A stretch of DNA of 63,455 bases, filler included, from Reticulomyxa filosa (taxonomy: Eukaryota > Protista > Foraminifera): assembly GCA_000512085.1 (NCBI GenBank). It is 11 parts of 11 records of this genome, joined end to end, with 100 filler letters (N's around TTAATTAATTAA, not from the genome) between each part and the next. Parts side by side here need not be neighbours in the genome. Positions count along the whole stretch, not along the records: positions 1 to 7,231 come from ASPP01037773.1; positions 7,332 to 15,328 come from ASPP01018137.1; 9 more parts are not named here. One strand, given 5' to 3'. The notes below the pieces were generated by a model that saw only the letters and a list, made by a program, of their open reading frames with translations, did no database searches and was not told the origin of the DNA. Below are positions 1-11,786 of this stretch, in pieces (position 1 is the first letter of the stretch; every line of letters begins with the position of its first letter). The position numbers were made by a program, and so were the translations under genes.

Positions 1-26
1 CCGGGTTTTTAAAAACCCGGAATTCA

Positions 27-340
27 AACCCTTTCGGTTCCAACAAGAAAGAAATGAGAAAGAAGAAATAAAAATAAAGGAAGAAGAAAGAAAAAACGAG
101 GACGAAAGAGCTGTTAAGAAATTGATAACTAAAGAAGAAAAGAAAAAATGGATGACATGGTGGAAAGAAAGAAATGAAAAAGAGAAACAAGAAATATGGA
201 TCAATTCAAAACATTGGATCGTAGTGATTTCGAAAAATGGTTATTAAAGAATAATCAATGGAAAAATTATTTGAAAAAAGAAAATCTATTTGTAATTTGT
301 GATGTAATTGATTCGTATATTACCTATCATACATATGAAA
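27..340 (+). CDS. Probable upstream exon(s) of the caspase-like gene (Lys/Glu-rich, 5'-partial, one apparent frameshift near 195)
   Basis: Open charged reading frame (..KKWMTWWKERNEKEKQEI / MDQFKTLDRSDFEKWL..) on the same strand, followed by a poly-A/T intron-like stretch leading to the AG at 535-536. Confidence 0.45.
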
Positions 341-536
341 AAAGTTTTTATTTTTACAAAAAAAAAAAAAAAAAAAAAAATAAAAGTAAATTTGATGTTA
401 TAATTTGAATAGAACAAAGAAGAAAAAAACGATTATGAAATTAATCAAGTTATTTTTTATTATCATGTTTTTTTTTTTTAATTGTAAAATTCCTAAAAAA
501 AAAAAAAAACTAATGAAAAATATAAAATAATCAAAG

Positions 537-1520
537 GCTACTGCATATCTACAAATAAATGAAAGAGAAGTATCAATCAATCTAAAGGAATTGACATTTA
601 AGGAGCTACTTGTTTGCTCGTACAATAGTCTAGACAATGAAGAGTTTAATAAATTAACAACTATGAAAATGAACATTATGGATATGAATGAAAATGTAAT
701 TGATTCAGATATGCATATTCTCAATGCTCTTGAAAATGGTAAGATGGTATTTAAAATAACCTGGTCTCCATTACAACAATCAAGTGGGAAAAAAAAGGTG
801 ATAAAGAATCCTTTGGTAGTAATGATTGCAATAAGTGAATATAATGAAGGCTTTGAGTGGAAAAATCTTAAAAATGTGAAAGAAAGAGATGTCAAAAATT
901 TCAAACAACTGTTTGAAGAAGAACTACAATATGATTTTGTAAGTAATAATACACCAAATATGACACAAGAAGAAATAAAGGATTATTTGGACGAAACAAT
1001 ATTAACTAAGAAATTAAGAAAGAATGTAAATAAATATGACGGATTAATTATGATTATTTGTGGACATGGTGATAATGGAAATGTATTGGTGACAAGTGAG
1101 GGCAAAGCAGTATCAATTGATGAGATTCGTGCATCATTTGATAGTTATCGAATGGAATCCTTAAAAGACTGTCCTAAAATCTTTATTGTTGATGCCTGTC
1201 GTGGTCGAAGTGCACCACATGCAATCGAATTAAGAGGTTTCGAAAATAAAGCAAAACCACATCAAATTTATGGTCATAATGATGATGGATTTTTGACTAT
1301 TTGGTCAACCACAAAAGGCCATGTTGTTGCTGACTCTTCCTTATTAAGTGGATCAATGAAAGAAGTCATTATTGAAAATTATAAAGAACATACACTGAAT
1401 CAAATGCTGCATCAAATTCGAGACAAAATTAGAAAACACAAATCAGGGGAATGGTACTGTGTAGAAAGTCAAGATACTACTTCCTATGACATTGTATTTG
1501 CTGCTAATAACAGAAATTGA
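537..1520 (+). CDS. Caspase-like cysteine protease (peptidase C14 fold) with a PB1/ubiquitin-like segment N-terminal to the protease domain
   Basis: Catalytic dyad motifs ICGHG and KIFIVDACRG, first strand PLVVMIAISEY, and STTKG motif. Exon starts in frame after AG at 535-536. Confidence 0.85.
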   Translation, partial: ATAYLQINEREVSINLKELTFKELLVCSYNSLDNEEFNKLTTMKMNIMDMNENVIDSDMHILNALENGKMVFKITWSPLQQSSGKKKVIKNPLVVMIAISEYNEGFEWKNLKNVKERDVKNFKQLFEEELQYDFVSNNTPNMTQEEIKDYLDETILTKKLRKNVNKYDGLIMIICGHGDNGNVLVTSEGKAVSIDEIRASFDSYRMESLKDCPKIFIVDACRGRSAPHAIELRGFENKAKPHQIYGHNDDGFLTIWSTTKGHVVADSSLLSGSMKEVIIENYKEHTLNQMLHQIRDKIRKHKSGEWYCVESQDTTSYDIVFAANNRN

Positions 1521-2227
1521 AACATTAATACTTTTTTACATTTGTAAAATTTATTTTGTTATGATTTTTGAACAGACAAGTTGGTGTTAATAAGGAAAAA
1601 AGGCTGGATTGAAATTTGTTTATATTTGCATTTTTTTCCAATTCTAACATCCTCATAAATAAGTAAGTTTTTTTAAAGAGGTTTTGATTGAGAAATGAAA
1701 TTTTTTTTTTTCTTTGGCTTACTTATTTGAGCAAAAAATTTTGTGATTTTTTAATTATTTGAATCAATGACATCAACTTGAACGAAGTTCTAAAAAATTT
1801 CAAAAATTTGCTTACCATTATTTTTTCAAAGGAAATAATTTTTTTGCTTTCTGATATATGCATATATATTTTTTGTATACAACAAAAAAAAAAAGTGATT
1901 TTGTCTATTTTGATTGTTCTCTTCAGGCTTCAAAATTGCTCCTCATGCACACCCAATGTCAATTTTTTATGCGCTTGGTAGAGTACCGTGCCAATTTTAT
2001 GTATTTGCTCTTCTTACTAAGTTATTTTAAAATTTTTTTGTTTTTGTAAAATTCTGGAATTTTATCATTAGCCAGATTATTTAAAAGAAATAAACAAGAA
2101 AAACTTTTCAAAGACATATTTGATTTTAACCTTAAGTTTATGCTTTTTCATTAAGAATATGTTCAATCCAAAAAGTAAAAAAGCTCTCGTCAAAAAAAAC
2201 TACTAAAGAAAAATTTTGTGAAATAAG

Positions 2228-3570
2228 ATGACGGCAAGTTTAGCTACAGACAATAATAAAACTCCTTCTGAAACTTTAGCTTTAAAGAAACATTGGAGCA
2301 CAGCTTGGATAAGATCAAATATTGAAGCAGCAAAACTAGTAAAAGGAATGTTAGATAAAAATGAGCAAGGCTTAATTATTATTACAAATAATATTTCAGA
2401 GTGGAAAAATAAAATCCATTTAATCCATTCAAATGAGATTAATGAAAATTCATTTTGTACATTGATAAACAATGAAAATATTGAAAAAGAGCAAATGGAA
2501 GACTATTGGATATATACAATAAAAAGAAAATTAATAATAATAGATGACGACATAGTTATTGACGGAAATATATATATTGTCGATTGTGAAATTAAATTAC
2601 AAGAAAATGTGCAAATAACAACGCAAGTATTTATTACAAACAATGCAATGATTAATCAACAAGAATTAAAACAAAAAATCGTACCAATTCAATGGGATAT
2701 TAAAATACATTGTTATATTCCAGTAATATTACAAGATCTTGAAGATAAAAAACAACAATGTTTACAAGAAAATTGCTTTACTGATGCATTTTCTCATGCG
2801 CAAGAACATTTACAAATTTGTGTTGATAATTTTGGGTCAAAACATCCTTTTGTTGCTAATTCATATAATTATTTAGGACTTATTTGTGAAGAATGTGATG
2901 TTGCAATTGAATGTTATAAAAAAGCATTAAAAATATCTTTAGACAGTTTTGGTATAAATCATCCTTGGATTGCAAATATATGTAATCATTTAGGAAATGA
3001 ATATGGCAGAAATAAACAATATGATGAAGCAATTGAATATTGTGAAAAAGCTTTAGCAATTCGATTACACAATTTTGGAATTAATCATATATCAGTTGCG
3101 AGATCATATGATGATTTAGGTGTTCCTTATTTTTATACAGGACAGCATGATAAAGCAATCAAATGTCTTCAAAAAGAATTGGATATTTTATTACATATTT
3201 TTAAAAAAGATCATATTCATATTGCTTTTACATATGAAAATTTAGGTTTTGTTTTTGGTGATAAACAAATGTATTCTAAATCAATTGAATATCATGAAAA
3301 TTCATTACAAATTAAAAAAGAATATTTGGAGATATGAGCAAAGATGTTGCCGATTCTTGTTGGAATTTAGGATGCGTTTTTAGAGATATGGGTGAAATTA
3401 AAACAGCATGTAAATATTTTGAAGAATCATGGAAGGTAAATAGTAAAGAATTTGGAGAATGGAATGAAGAAACATTAAAAATAAAGAGAGAATTAAAAAA
3501 TTTATTCATTCAAATAAGTAAGAAAAAACTACTTCAATTATCAATCATTTATTATAATTACAAAAGCTAA
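2228..3570 (+). CDS. TPR-repeat protein with a lineage-specific N-terminal domain; frameshift at ~3315-3335 (poly-A)
   Basis: 42-aa kinesin-light-chain-type TPRs (HPFVANSYNYLG, HPWIANICNHLG, HISVARSYDDLG, HIHIAFTYENLG). ORF 3334-3570 continues the last repeat (SKDVADSCWNLG) in another frame. Confidence 0.85.
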
Positions 3571-4011
3571 ACTGAATTTAATCTAATATTTTTGTCCTAA
3601 AGTGCTTGTGTCTCTTTTTCGTCAAACACAATTGTTCACTTTAAAAAGTATTTAAACAAATCGTTATCCAATCTTCTACAAAAGTTCATTTAAATTATAC
3701 ATTTTCAAAATGACACTTATAAGAATCAACAAAATATCAAAATACGGTATATTTGCAAAGAAGTTGTAACTTTTACCTTGTAATGGTAAAAATCAGTTTA
3801 TACGCTATAACTTGTTTTACAACCGATATTTTGGTCGATCCAATGGACTAAGTTCTTGCAACGAAAGAAATAAATTCTGAAAAACAATTGATCTTTGAAA
3901 CACTTAACTTAAACATTACACTTAATCATATCTTAAAAAAAAGGAGATTTATTGCTAAAACTTTTTGTCCAACTAAATTTTTTTTGAGTCGCAAAAAAAT
4001 CGAACCTCGCT

Positions 4012-5569
4012 TTAAGTTGAATTCTTGTTTTGTTGTGTAAAATTAATCTCGTCAGTGAAAGACGAATGAGTCCGAAATATATTGATTCGACGTGTTTTTC
4101 GCGGGATTTCAGCAGAAAATACATGTTGGGATGGCAAGTGACCACATTGCTTTGCACACTGAAATTTTTCTGTTATAAGATAATATGCTGATAGCGGAGA
4201 TAACCCGCTTAATAACCCACCAAAAAGCACTAGAGAACGTGAACTAGAAAAAATATCGCATTCCGCAATGTTATTTGTCTTTTTTTCCTTACAATTCACA
4301 CAGCATGGATCCTTGTCGATTGGACATTCCAAGCAAATTACATTCAGCTGTTTTAAGTCCCGAGTAGACAAAGGGATCAAAAAAGAAAAAAAAAAATATA
4401 TATGAAAGAGTATGAGTGAAGAAGAAACTTGATTGTTGTTGATGCTTTCCAATTGCCAGCAGTCGATAAACTCTTGGCACGGTTGAAGTTGTTCAACAGC
4501 TAATCGGTTGAGCAAGAGTTTTTTGGATGCTTTGTCCAAAGCAGTGGCCATTAAGGCTCTGTTTTCGCTTTCAATCCGAAGCTTTAAACGCTCCAATTTT
4601 TCTCGATTGGCTCGGAAGTTTTTGTTTTTGAGAGTTTCTCCTTGCAAAGGCTCATTTTTGTTGTTGTTATTGATTTATTATTAGTATAACATACATTCAA
4701 TGGATTTTGTTTCCATCTCCGTTATACGTATGTATAACATGTACGAAAAAATCCAAGGTGGGCAACACGCACACATACTCATACAAGCAAAGATAGAAAA
4801 GTTGGAAAACTGAGAGTTTGGAACACTCTGTTAACAATTTATAAATTTTTTGTTTCGAATCAGCAAAGAAGGACTTATTGAGTTTGATTGAACCTGGTGA
4901 CATGTCAAAATTGGATTGATAGCGGACGTTGTGCATGTACACACAGCTACATGACTCCAATCCCAAATCTTGGATAACTTTTAATGTATCCTCGCCGGGC
5001 CTGTTTGTGGAAAAAGTAACAACTACAAAAAGATTTCGTTTGTAATCGTCAGACAATATCTCCAGCAATTTCGCGATCTCTTTTTTTAATTTCTCATTGT
5101 CACGATTCGATGTCGCCTGAATAACCACAAGTACGGCGCCAAATTTCAATTTGTCCACATGTGTTGCAATGGAATTAAAGTCTTTTTCATCTTGTGGACC
5201 AGAAAACCCAGGAGTATCGGTAATAAATACATTAAACTCCCTATTTCGAAAGTTTTCATCGATACACCTAGTTGTTTGCACTTGACCAAGTTGGGGCCTT
5301 GTCAACCCATTTTCTTGGTACCATTGCTCTTCGTTTTCTACTGTCGACACCACTTTTTCAAACGGCTTGTCGAGCAAGTAGTCTCGGATCGCCATTCGCA
5401 AAGTCGTTTTCCCTGAGCCAGTGCAACCGATCAGCAACAGATGTACTTCTTTTGGTTCTTGTACAATATTTAACACTCTAACATTTTCATCTTCTTGAAT
5501 TTCATTTTCTGTTCCTAGTGCATCATTTTGCTTTTTATCTTCTTTCTCGTCAATGTATTGTTGTTGCAT
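4012..5569 (-). CDS. P-loop GTPase (AIG1/GIMAP/septin-like TRAFAC class) with coiled coil and Cys/His-rich C-terminus; multi-exon
   Basis: G1 LLIGCTGSGKTT, G3 ITDTPGF, G4-position VVVTF. The downstream ORF 4012-4647 has a coiled coil and CLEC..CCVNC..CAKQCGH..H. Confidence 0.7.
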
Positions 5570-7231
5570 CTTTGTTCTTTTTCCTCGCACTTCTGGGGGC
5601 TTAAAAAAAAAGGTCTAAAAAGGTTTTCAACACTCTTTTTTTAAAGAAAGTCTTATTCAACCGTTTTTTTCTCCAAGAGATTTGCCATACAGTTGTATTA
5701 AATTGAATTTTTCTGATTTGGTATTTTAAAAATTTGTACTTTGACAATAGTCTTGGCTTGAAAGAATGAAATGTAAATTTAAATTCAAAAAAAATATCTT
5801 CAGTGGCCACTTTTTCACTTCAGTTAGTAAAGTTTAGCTGTAGGTCTTTAACTAACCCTGTATTCCATACAATCTACATGTAGTATAGCAATCATTTGCT
5901 GGTTAGAGTTACAAATGTTTCACATGCCAGAAGTAATCCAAAGATAACGCGGCGCACGGAAATTTCAAGATATTTCTTTACTTTTTCATTTTTTTCTGGA
6001 CTAATTTTTTTCTACAAAGAGGCTCATTTTATCTTTTAAGATAAATACAATTTATATTGAAAAAAATTCTTCAATTGGAAAGACAGTTAAAATAGTCCTC
6101 ATTTATCTGCAAATTCTCTAATCGTAAAAAAAACTGCATTGTGCAACTACAAAGATCTATTAAAGATCACAATAGGCATTCACTTTTTGTATAATACAAA
6201 ATTGCTTATCTTCCATTGAACGTAAAAAATTGAACATTTTTATGCAAAATCGTTAAAATTGTTTTCTTCTCAGTAAATGTAAGTTTCACGCTCACAAAAC
6301 AAATAACTTTTTGGCAATAAGAATGGTGTAATTATCTTTGAGTCAAATTAAGGCGAAATACTAATGTTTGTTTAAGTTTCCAAAAAAAACTTCCACTTAT
6401 GTCACTTTATTTTTAATTGCTTATTGCATTTTTTGTACATCAAATCTTCATTAGGTTATTCTTTCAATTTCAGGCCGAAACCACAAAATCTCTAACACCT
6501 TCTAAGTTGGCACAAAATTAACTTCTTTAACTTAAGGTAAAAGCACGAAAGACAAGTAAATAAAAAAAATGGAACTAGAAACTCTTTATTGACGTTTCAG
6601 AATTAGCCAAATGAAATCATTTATATAACTAATTTCATAAGTTTTTTTAAACATTATTATTACTAACTCTTTTAGAATTAGCTGACTTAAAAATATTCAA
6701 CTCTTAAAAAATGTGCATTGAATGTTCATATTTCTGAACATATGTTTATTTAAATAAATAGACTAACGATCTGATAACATATTTTTATACGAACAATCCA
6801 ATCGAAAAAAGGAAATAAAATAAGTTTATTTTGAATTGATTTTATATTCATTTGTGATTTGAAAAGATATTTTAATTAAAATGTTGTAATTTGCAACACA
6901 ATATAAATTTTATTGTAATTGATAAATTAAATAAAATTATCATTTTCAATTTGAAATTTAAATATTTAAAGTCTCATATATTCAAAAATAAATACATGAA
7001 CGACACTTTTTTTTACAAAGTATTATTCTAATACTTAACGAAAATTTTTGTAAAATTTAAATTTAATATCTTTTCTTCATTTGGTTTGTTGTTTAGCACA
7101 CAATTTCATCCAATTCCATTTCATATAGCTTTTCAATAATGTTTTATACAATTTCAAAAGTGTCATGTCATCACATTTATCATTATCCAATGATGAAGAT
7201 TGTTTATCTTGCCTTGACAAATAACAAAATA

Positions 7232-7331
7232 NNNNNNNNNNNNNNNNNNNNNNNNNNNNNNNNNNNNNNNNNNNNTTAATTAATTAANNNNNNNNNNNNN
7301 NNNNNNNNNNNNNNNNNNNNNNNNNNNNNNN
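7232..7331. other. Artificial contig spacer
   Basis: 44 N + TTAATTAATTAA (stops in all six frames) + 44 N. Confidence 0.98.
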
Positions 7332-9393
7332 ATCATAACTGAATTGAACATTACATGATTTGCCACAATACAATAGAATTGCACAAATATGCCATAATTG
7401 AAGTGGATATCCCATTTGTTTATGAATATCATCATGATACAATATCTTCAATTCATTTAATATTGTTAATATGAAATCATTTAATATCAATTCATTTGGA
7501 TTTTTTCGATTATAATTAATTTGTTTTTTGATATTTTTACAAATTTTATCTTTCTGTTTTTTTGCTTGTGTACTGAAGTGTGACTAAATCACACACATAA
7601 TCATTTCCTATCACTTCGTGGAATAGCTTCTGCAATGAATTGTTTCTTGTTGTCTTTACGTTCACTTCATCTTGAATCATTTTAAGTTTGTGTAAATCGC
7701 ATTCATATAATAGTGGATTGAATTTAGCTTTTTGATATATTGGAATAAATTCAATACCTAAGTCATTACTTTTCGGTAAAATATTTCTTTCAATACAAAT
7801 TGTGCGTTTGTAGGGTACCATGAATAATCCAAATATTTCCCAATGTACTTGAATAATTGGATAATGAGGAAGATGTTTGTAAATATCATGTAATAATATA
7901 TCTGAATCATTTACTTTTGATGATATTGCTGGTTTGCATTTGTCAAATTCACATTCAAATAATATTAATTCATCCCTTCCAAGTACAAAATGTTGTCTCA
8001 TTTGTAATTTTTGTTTTACGTGTTGTATTCCTTGTTTGAAAGTGATTGAATATGGATTCAATGGCTCTTTGTTTGTTCTCTTATCTACGTCTTTCCAAAC
8101 GACATGAAAAGAGTTGAATTCCTGTGTGTTTGAAATATAAGTGTAACAATTCAATAATTCAACAGTTAATACATAATCAATACTTTATATTTGATAATTG
8201 ATAAAGACATTTGTATGTTTTTGCTTTCATCAACTGATACACAATTTGCTAAATCCTCTCTTTCACTCCAATCAATTGTGCGGAAGTGCCAAGTATGATT
8301 AAGAATGAGACAAGCCCATTTGACATGTGTGTTATGAACATCAGATAGATCATTATACCATTGAATACTCACATTGAATTCCAATGATGATCTTTTTGGA
8401 TTTCCAAGTTGTAATGATTTTATTTTTAATTTATTTTCATCAAATAACATTATTGTTCGATGTTCATAATCAAATACGCTTTCATAATCTTTCCATTTTC
8501 CATTCCATAACATACACACTCTTTTTGGAATATTATATCTTGTTTTATATCTATTTAAAATGATTGGTTGTATCATTCATATATTTATGTATTTATATTT
8601 ATATATTTGTATCATTTGTTTTATTAAACAACAACAAAATAAACATACACGATTTGTTGGTTGATCCAATGACTATAACATTTCCACAAATGTAATAATT
8701 GAATACGATCATATTGATAATACCAATTTTCATCATTTCCTTTTTTGAACTCAAGATCTTCTAATTCATTTTCCATATCCATTAATACTTTCTCGAAATC
8801 TGCACCTAATGTATGACATTTCTGAAATAAATAGTTGTATAAAGCTTGTTTGTGAATTTGACGATATTTGATATGTTTAGGATATTTCAAAATATTCCAC
8901 AAAATATGCAAACACATTTCTCGAGATATTTTTAATTCATTTTCTTCTTTCGACCTATCATTTTTTTGTTTTATTTTACACTTATATTTACATTTGCTTT
9001 ATATTCTTTTAACTCATTTAAATTGGAAGTTGCACAAATCTCTCTTAATTTCTCGAATGTATCCTCATAAATTTGATTGTAATTTTTCCATGTTTGTGAT
9101 ATTGTTGTTTTTTCGAGTTTAATGTCAAATTGTTTGAGTAGTTTCATCAAATGATGTTGTTGTTGTAAATTTGTGCTGTATCCAATGTATAACATAATAA
9201 GACAAAAAATATGCACAAGGTGTTTTGTTATTAAAAAAAAGAGAAGAAAATAAACGAAATTTTTATACGTGTTCTCTGTTATCCATGTCAAGATATCTTT
9301 TGTCTCTTCAATATCTTGCTCAGACCATTTCAATGCATCTAAAACGATCTCTTCACATAGCTTGGGGAATGTCTGTTGAAGTTGTGCAAGCAT
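7332..9393 (-). CDS. ART-family protein copy 1 (CUE-CUE-PUB-PH-like-UBL-like-start of ART region); multi-exon, 3'-truncated by the contig end, frameshift near 7546
   Basis: CUE-like LAQLQQTFPKLCEEIVLDALKWSEQDIEETKDIL; PUB-like LHILWNILKYPKHIKYRQI; KEPLNPYSITFKQG and YHDDIHKQMGYPLQLWHICAILLYCGKSCNV blocks shared with the ORFs at 11787-15119 and 40829-42412. Confidence 0.7.
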
Positions 9394-9952
9394 GATGAAA
9401 ATTAACTGTAAAATAAATTTTTTTTTTGGAGCCACATTAACGTTCAAGAAGTTTAATTAAATGGCAATACTAAAAAAATTGCAGACACATATCTTTCATA
9501 AAAGGGCAATTTTTGATAGTCAAAATTAAAATAGTTGATTTTTATTGAAACAGATTGAATGCATGTGTAAATCGAAGAAATAAACACAAAAACTCAAAAT
9601 ATTGCTTTAATGTGAAGATATTTTTTTTATCAATTCTATTGTTACTCCAAAATTCATAATGAGTTTTTTTAAAAAAAAATTCTAAAACTCTAGCTTTCTT
9701 AAAGGGGCTAGCTTTTTTATCCCTCATTAACAAACATGGTAATCATAACGAAGGACAGATTGAATAAAGTCAAAATATTATTACTTCAACTGAAGAAAAA
9801 GATAAGAGTAGAAAGAAAAAAAATAATGAATAATATTATTTTGTAATCATAAAGAACTATCAATTGAATGTGATGAAGATAACCACACTTTTCAATTTCA
9901 TAAACTAGGTGTTTGTGATGATATTTCACCATTCTTTAAATATATATATGTA

Positions 9953-11014
9953 CAGTAAGATAAAAAAGAAAGTTGACACCTAAAATGTCACCTTATAGAG
10001 ATTATTGTTTCTCCATGAAAAAACAACATTTAATCAAAATTTTTTTTTCATTTAAAAAAAATATCTACGAATCATGTAGTTTTTAAATATATTTTGGTTT
10101 TTTATTAAGTATTTACAATTTTTTCAAAAATTTTATTCTTCGTTTACTTTAAAAAAAAATTTTTGTAGTTGTCTGAGTGATAAGATTGTTTTTTAAAATT
10201 TAATTCAAGTTTACCAACGTGTTATATCTCTTTGGTATCGACTTTATTAAGATTTCACAAATGTTTGTTTCCATTTTTTCCCATTCTATTTCAAATTGGT
10301 TCCAAAGTTCTTCCGTAGTATTAAATGATCCTTTTTTGTTGAATCATTGTCTTTACTATCCAACAAAGATTTTCAATTGGATTTAAAGCAGTTGAATTGG
10401 AGGAATTCATTATTTTTATCTTTTTCTGTTTTAACCATTTCATAATTTTTTCCTACTTATGGCATGTTGCATTATCTTGCTGGAAAATCCAATCTTCTTA
10501 TTTTCTAAGTAGAAATTGACGTTCTTTAGCATTTCGTCAGATAAAAATTATATATATCAGTATTTACTCCATCTTGCAAGCGTAACTTGTTTCTAATGCT
10601 CCAAAACATGAACGTACTAAAATGCTTCTATCACCAAATTTTTCTATTTTTGATATGAAATTTTCATCTAATGGTTGTCAACCAATATTTCGGCAACAAA
10701 ATAATCAAAATGATAAAAATCAATTCAAAAACCTAAAAAAAAAAAAGGAAAATTTCAAAAATTGTTTAAAAAAAGATTGTCAAATTTCATGACTACGAGA
10801 AAAATACATTGTCAACTTTTTTAAAGAAATTTTACCAAATCAAATGAAAGATTAAAATTTTTGAAAAAATTAGAAAGACTTAATAAAAAACTAAAATGAT
10901 ATTTAAAAACTACAAGATTCGTAGATATTTTTAAAAAATTTTGATTAAATGTTGTTTTTTCATAGAGAAACATAACATCTCTATTAGGTGTCAACTTTCT
11001 TTTTTATCCTACTG
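9953..11014 (-). mobile_element. Defective Tc1/mariner (Tc1-type) DNA transposon with long TIRs and TA target-site duplication
   Basis: Left end TA|CAGTAAGATAAAAAAGAAAGTTGACACCTA and right end TAGGTGTCAACTTTCTTTTTTATCCTACTG|TA; imperfect inverted repeat of more than 100 bp; internal transposase remnant. Confidence 0.9.
10200..10695 (-). pseudogene. Tc1-type DDE transposase remnant (C-terminal catalytic part, with stops and frameshifts)
   Basis: Manual translation gives KFGDRSILVRSCFG, DWIFQQDNATCHK, PNSTALNPIENLCW and EELWNQFEIEWEKM..IKSIPKR, matching the Tc1 motifs KhGGgsimVWGCF, FQQDNAPxH and WPxxSPDLNPIENLW. Confidence 0.88.
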
Positions 11015-11786
11015 TATTATGCAATTTTTATGTTTATGTAATCTGAAATTCTCAATAAAAAAATAACACAATATATCATGTGTCATCAATACTGTTGAAT
11101 TACATGAACAAAAAGAGAGTTAAAAATTAGTTGATATGTGATTGACATAGTGTAGCAGCATAAAACAGTGGGAAAATATCCTTACAAAAATAACAATATT
11201 TTGAACTGTGTCTTTTTTATTCATTTTTGCATCTCGAACTACAGAAAAGTAGGTATTTCTTTTGATGTGACATTAGTTTTTGAAATTTCAAATTGAAGGT
11301 TTAATGAAAGAAATGCTCAAAATTATATGTTAATTAGTAGGAGAAAATTGTCTCATTAAAAAAAAATCATTCAAGTGAATTTTTTTATTGGTGGAAAATG
11401 GTAAGATCACCAAATATGAACTAAACAATTGTTTGAACAATAACACTCATTGTCTTTTGGTGGAGAATATAACATTCATTGATGATGAAATATGTAAGTG
11501 GTTGGAGCAATTGAATATAATAAGGTAACAATACTTTTAAACTTGATCTACTGTTTGTTTGTCCATTCTTTAAATATGCATATGTGTATATCAATGATAT
11601 TACTTTGTTCTTTGGTGATATATAGTCGGAAAGATTGCGACCAGAAGATAATTGGGAAAAAAATCTTCATAGATAAAGGTAGAATAAAAAAAAATAAAAA
11701 ATGCTTATTTTGTTGAAATTAGCTGAAAAGAGCAACTATTTCCTACAAGACAAAAATGAATGCAATTAACTCCTTTAAGTTGAATA

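Noticed and set aside
1-45. Perfect 20-bp palindrome CCGGGTTTTTAAAAACCCGG at the window start
   Set aside because: Lies at the sequence edge where nearly every base is a homopolymer run, typical of low-quality pyrosequencing read ends; no second copy seen.
3310-3340. Frame breaks in coding regions (also ~195, ~7546, ~41400, ~41485) as programmed frameshifting
   Set aside because: Nearly all fall in short A-runs, consistent with homopolymer errors or pseudogenisation; no stimulatory structure and no conserved position across paralogues.
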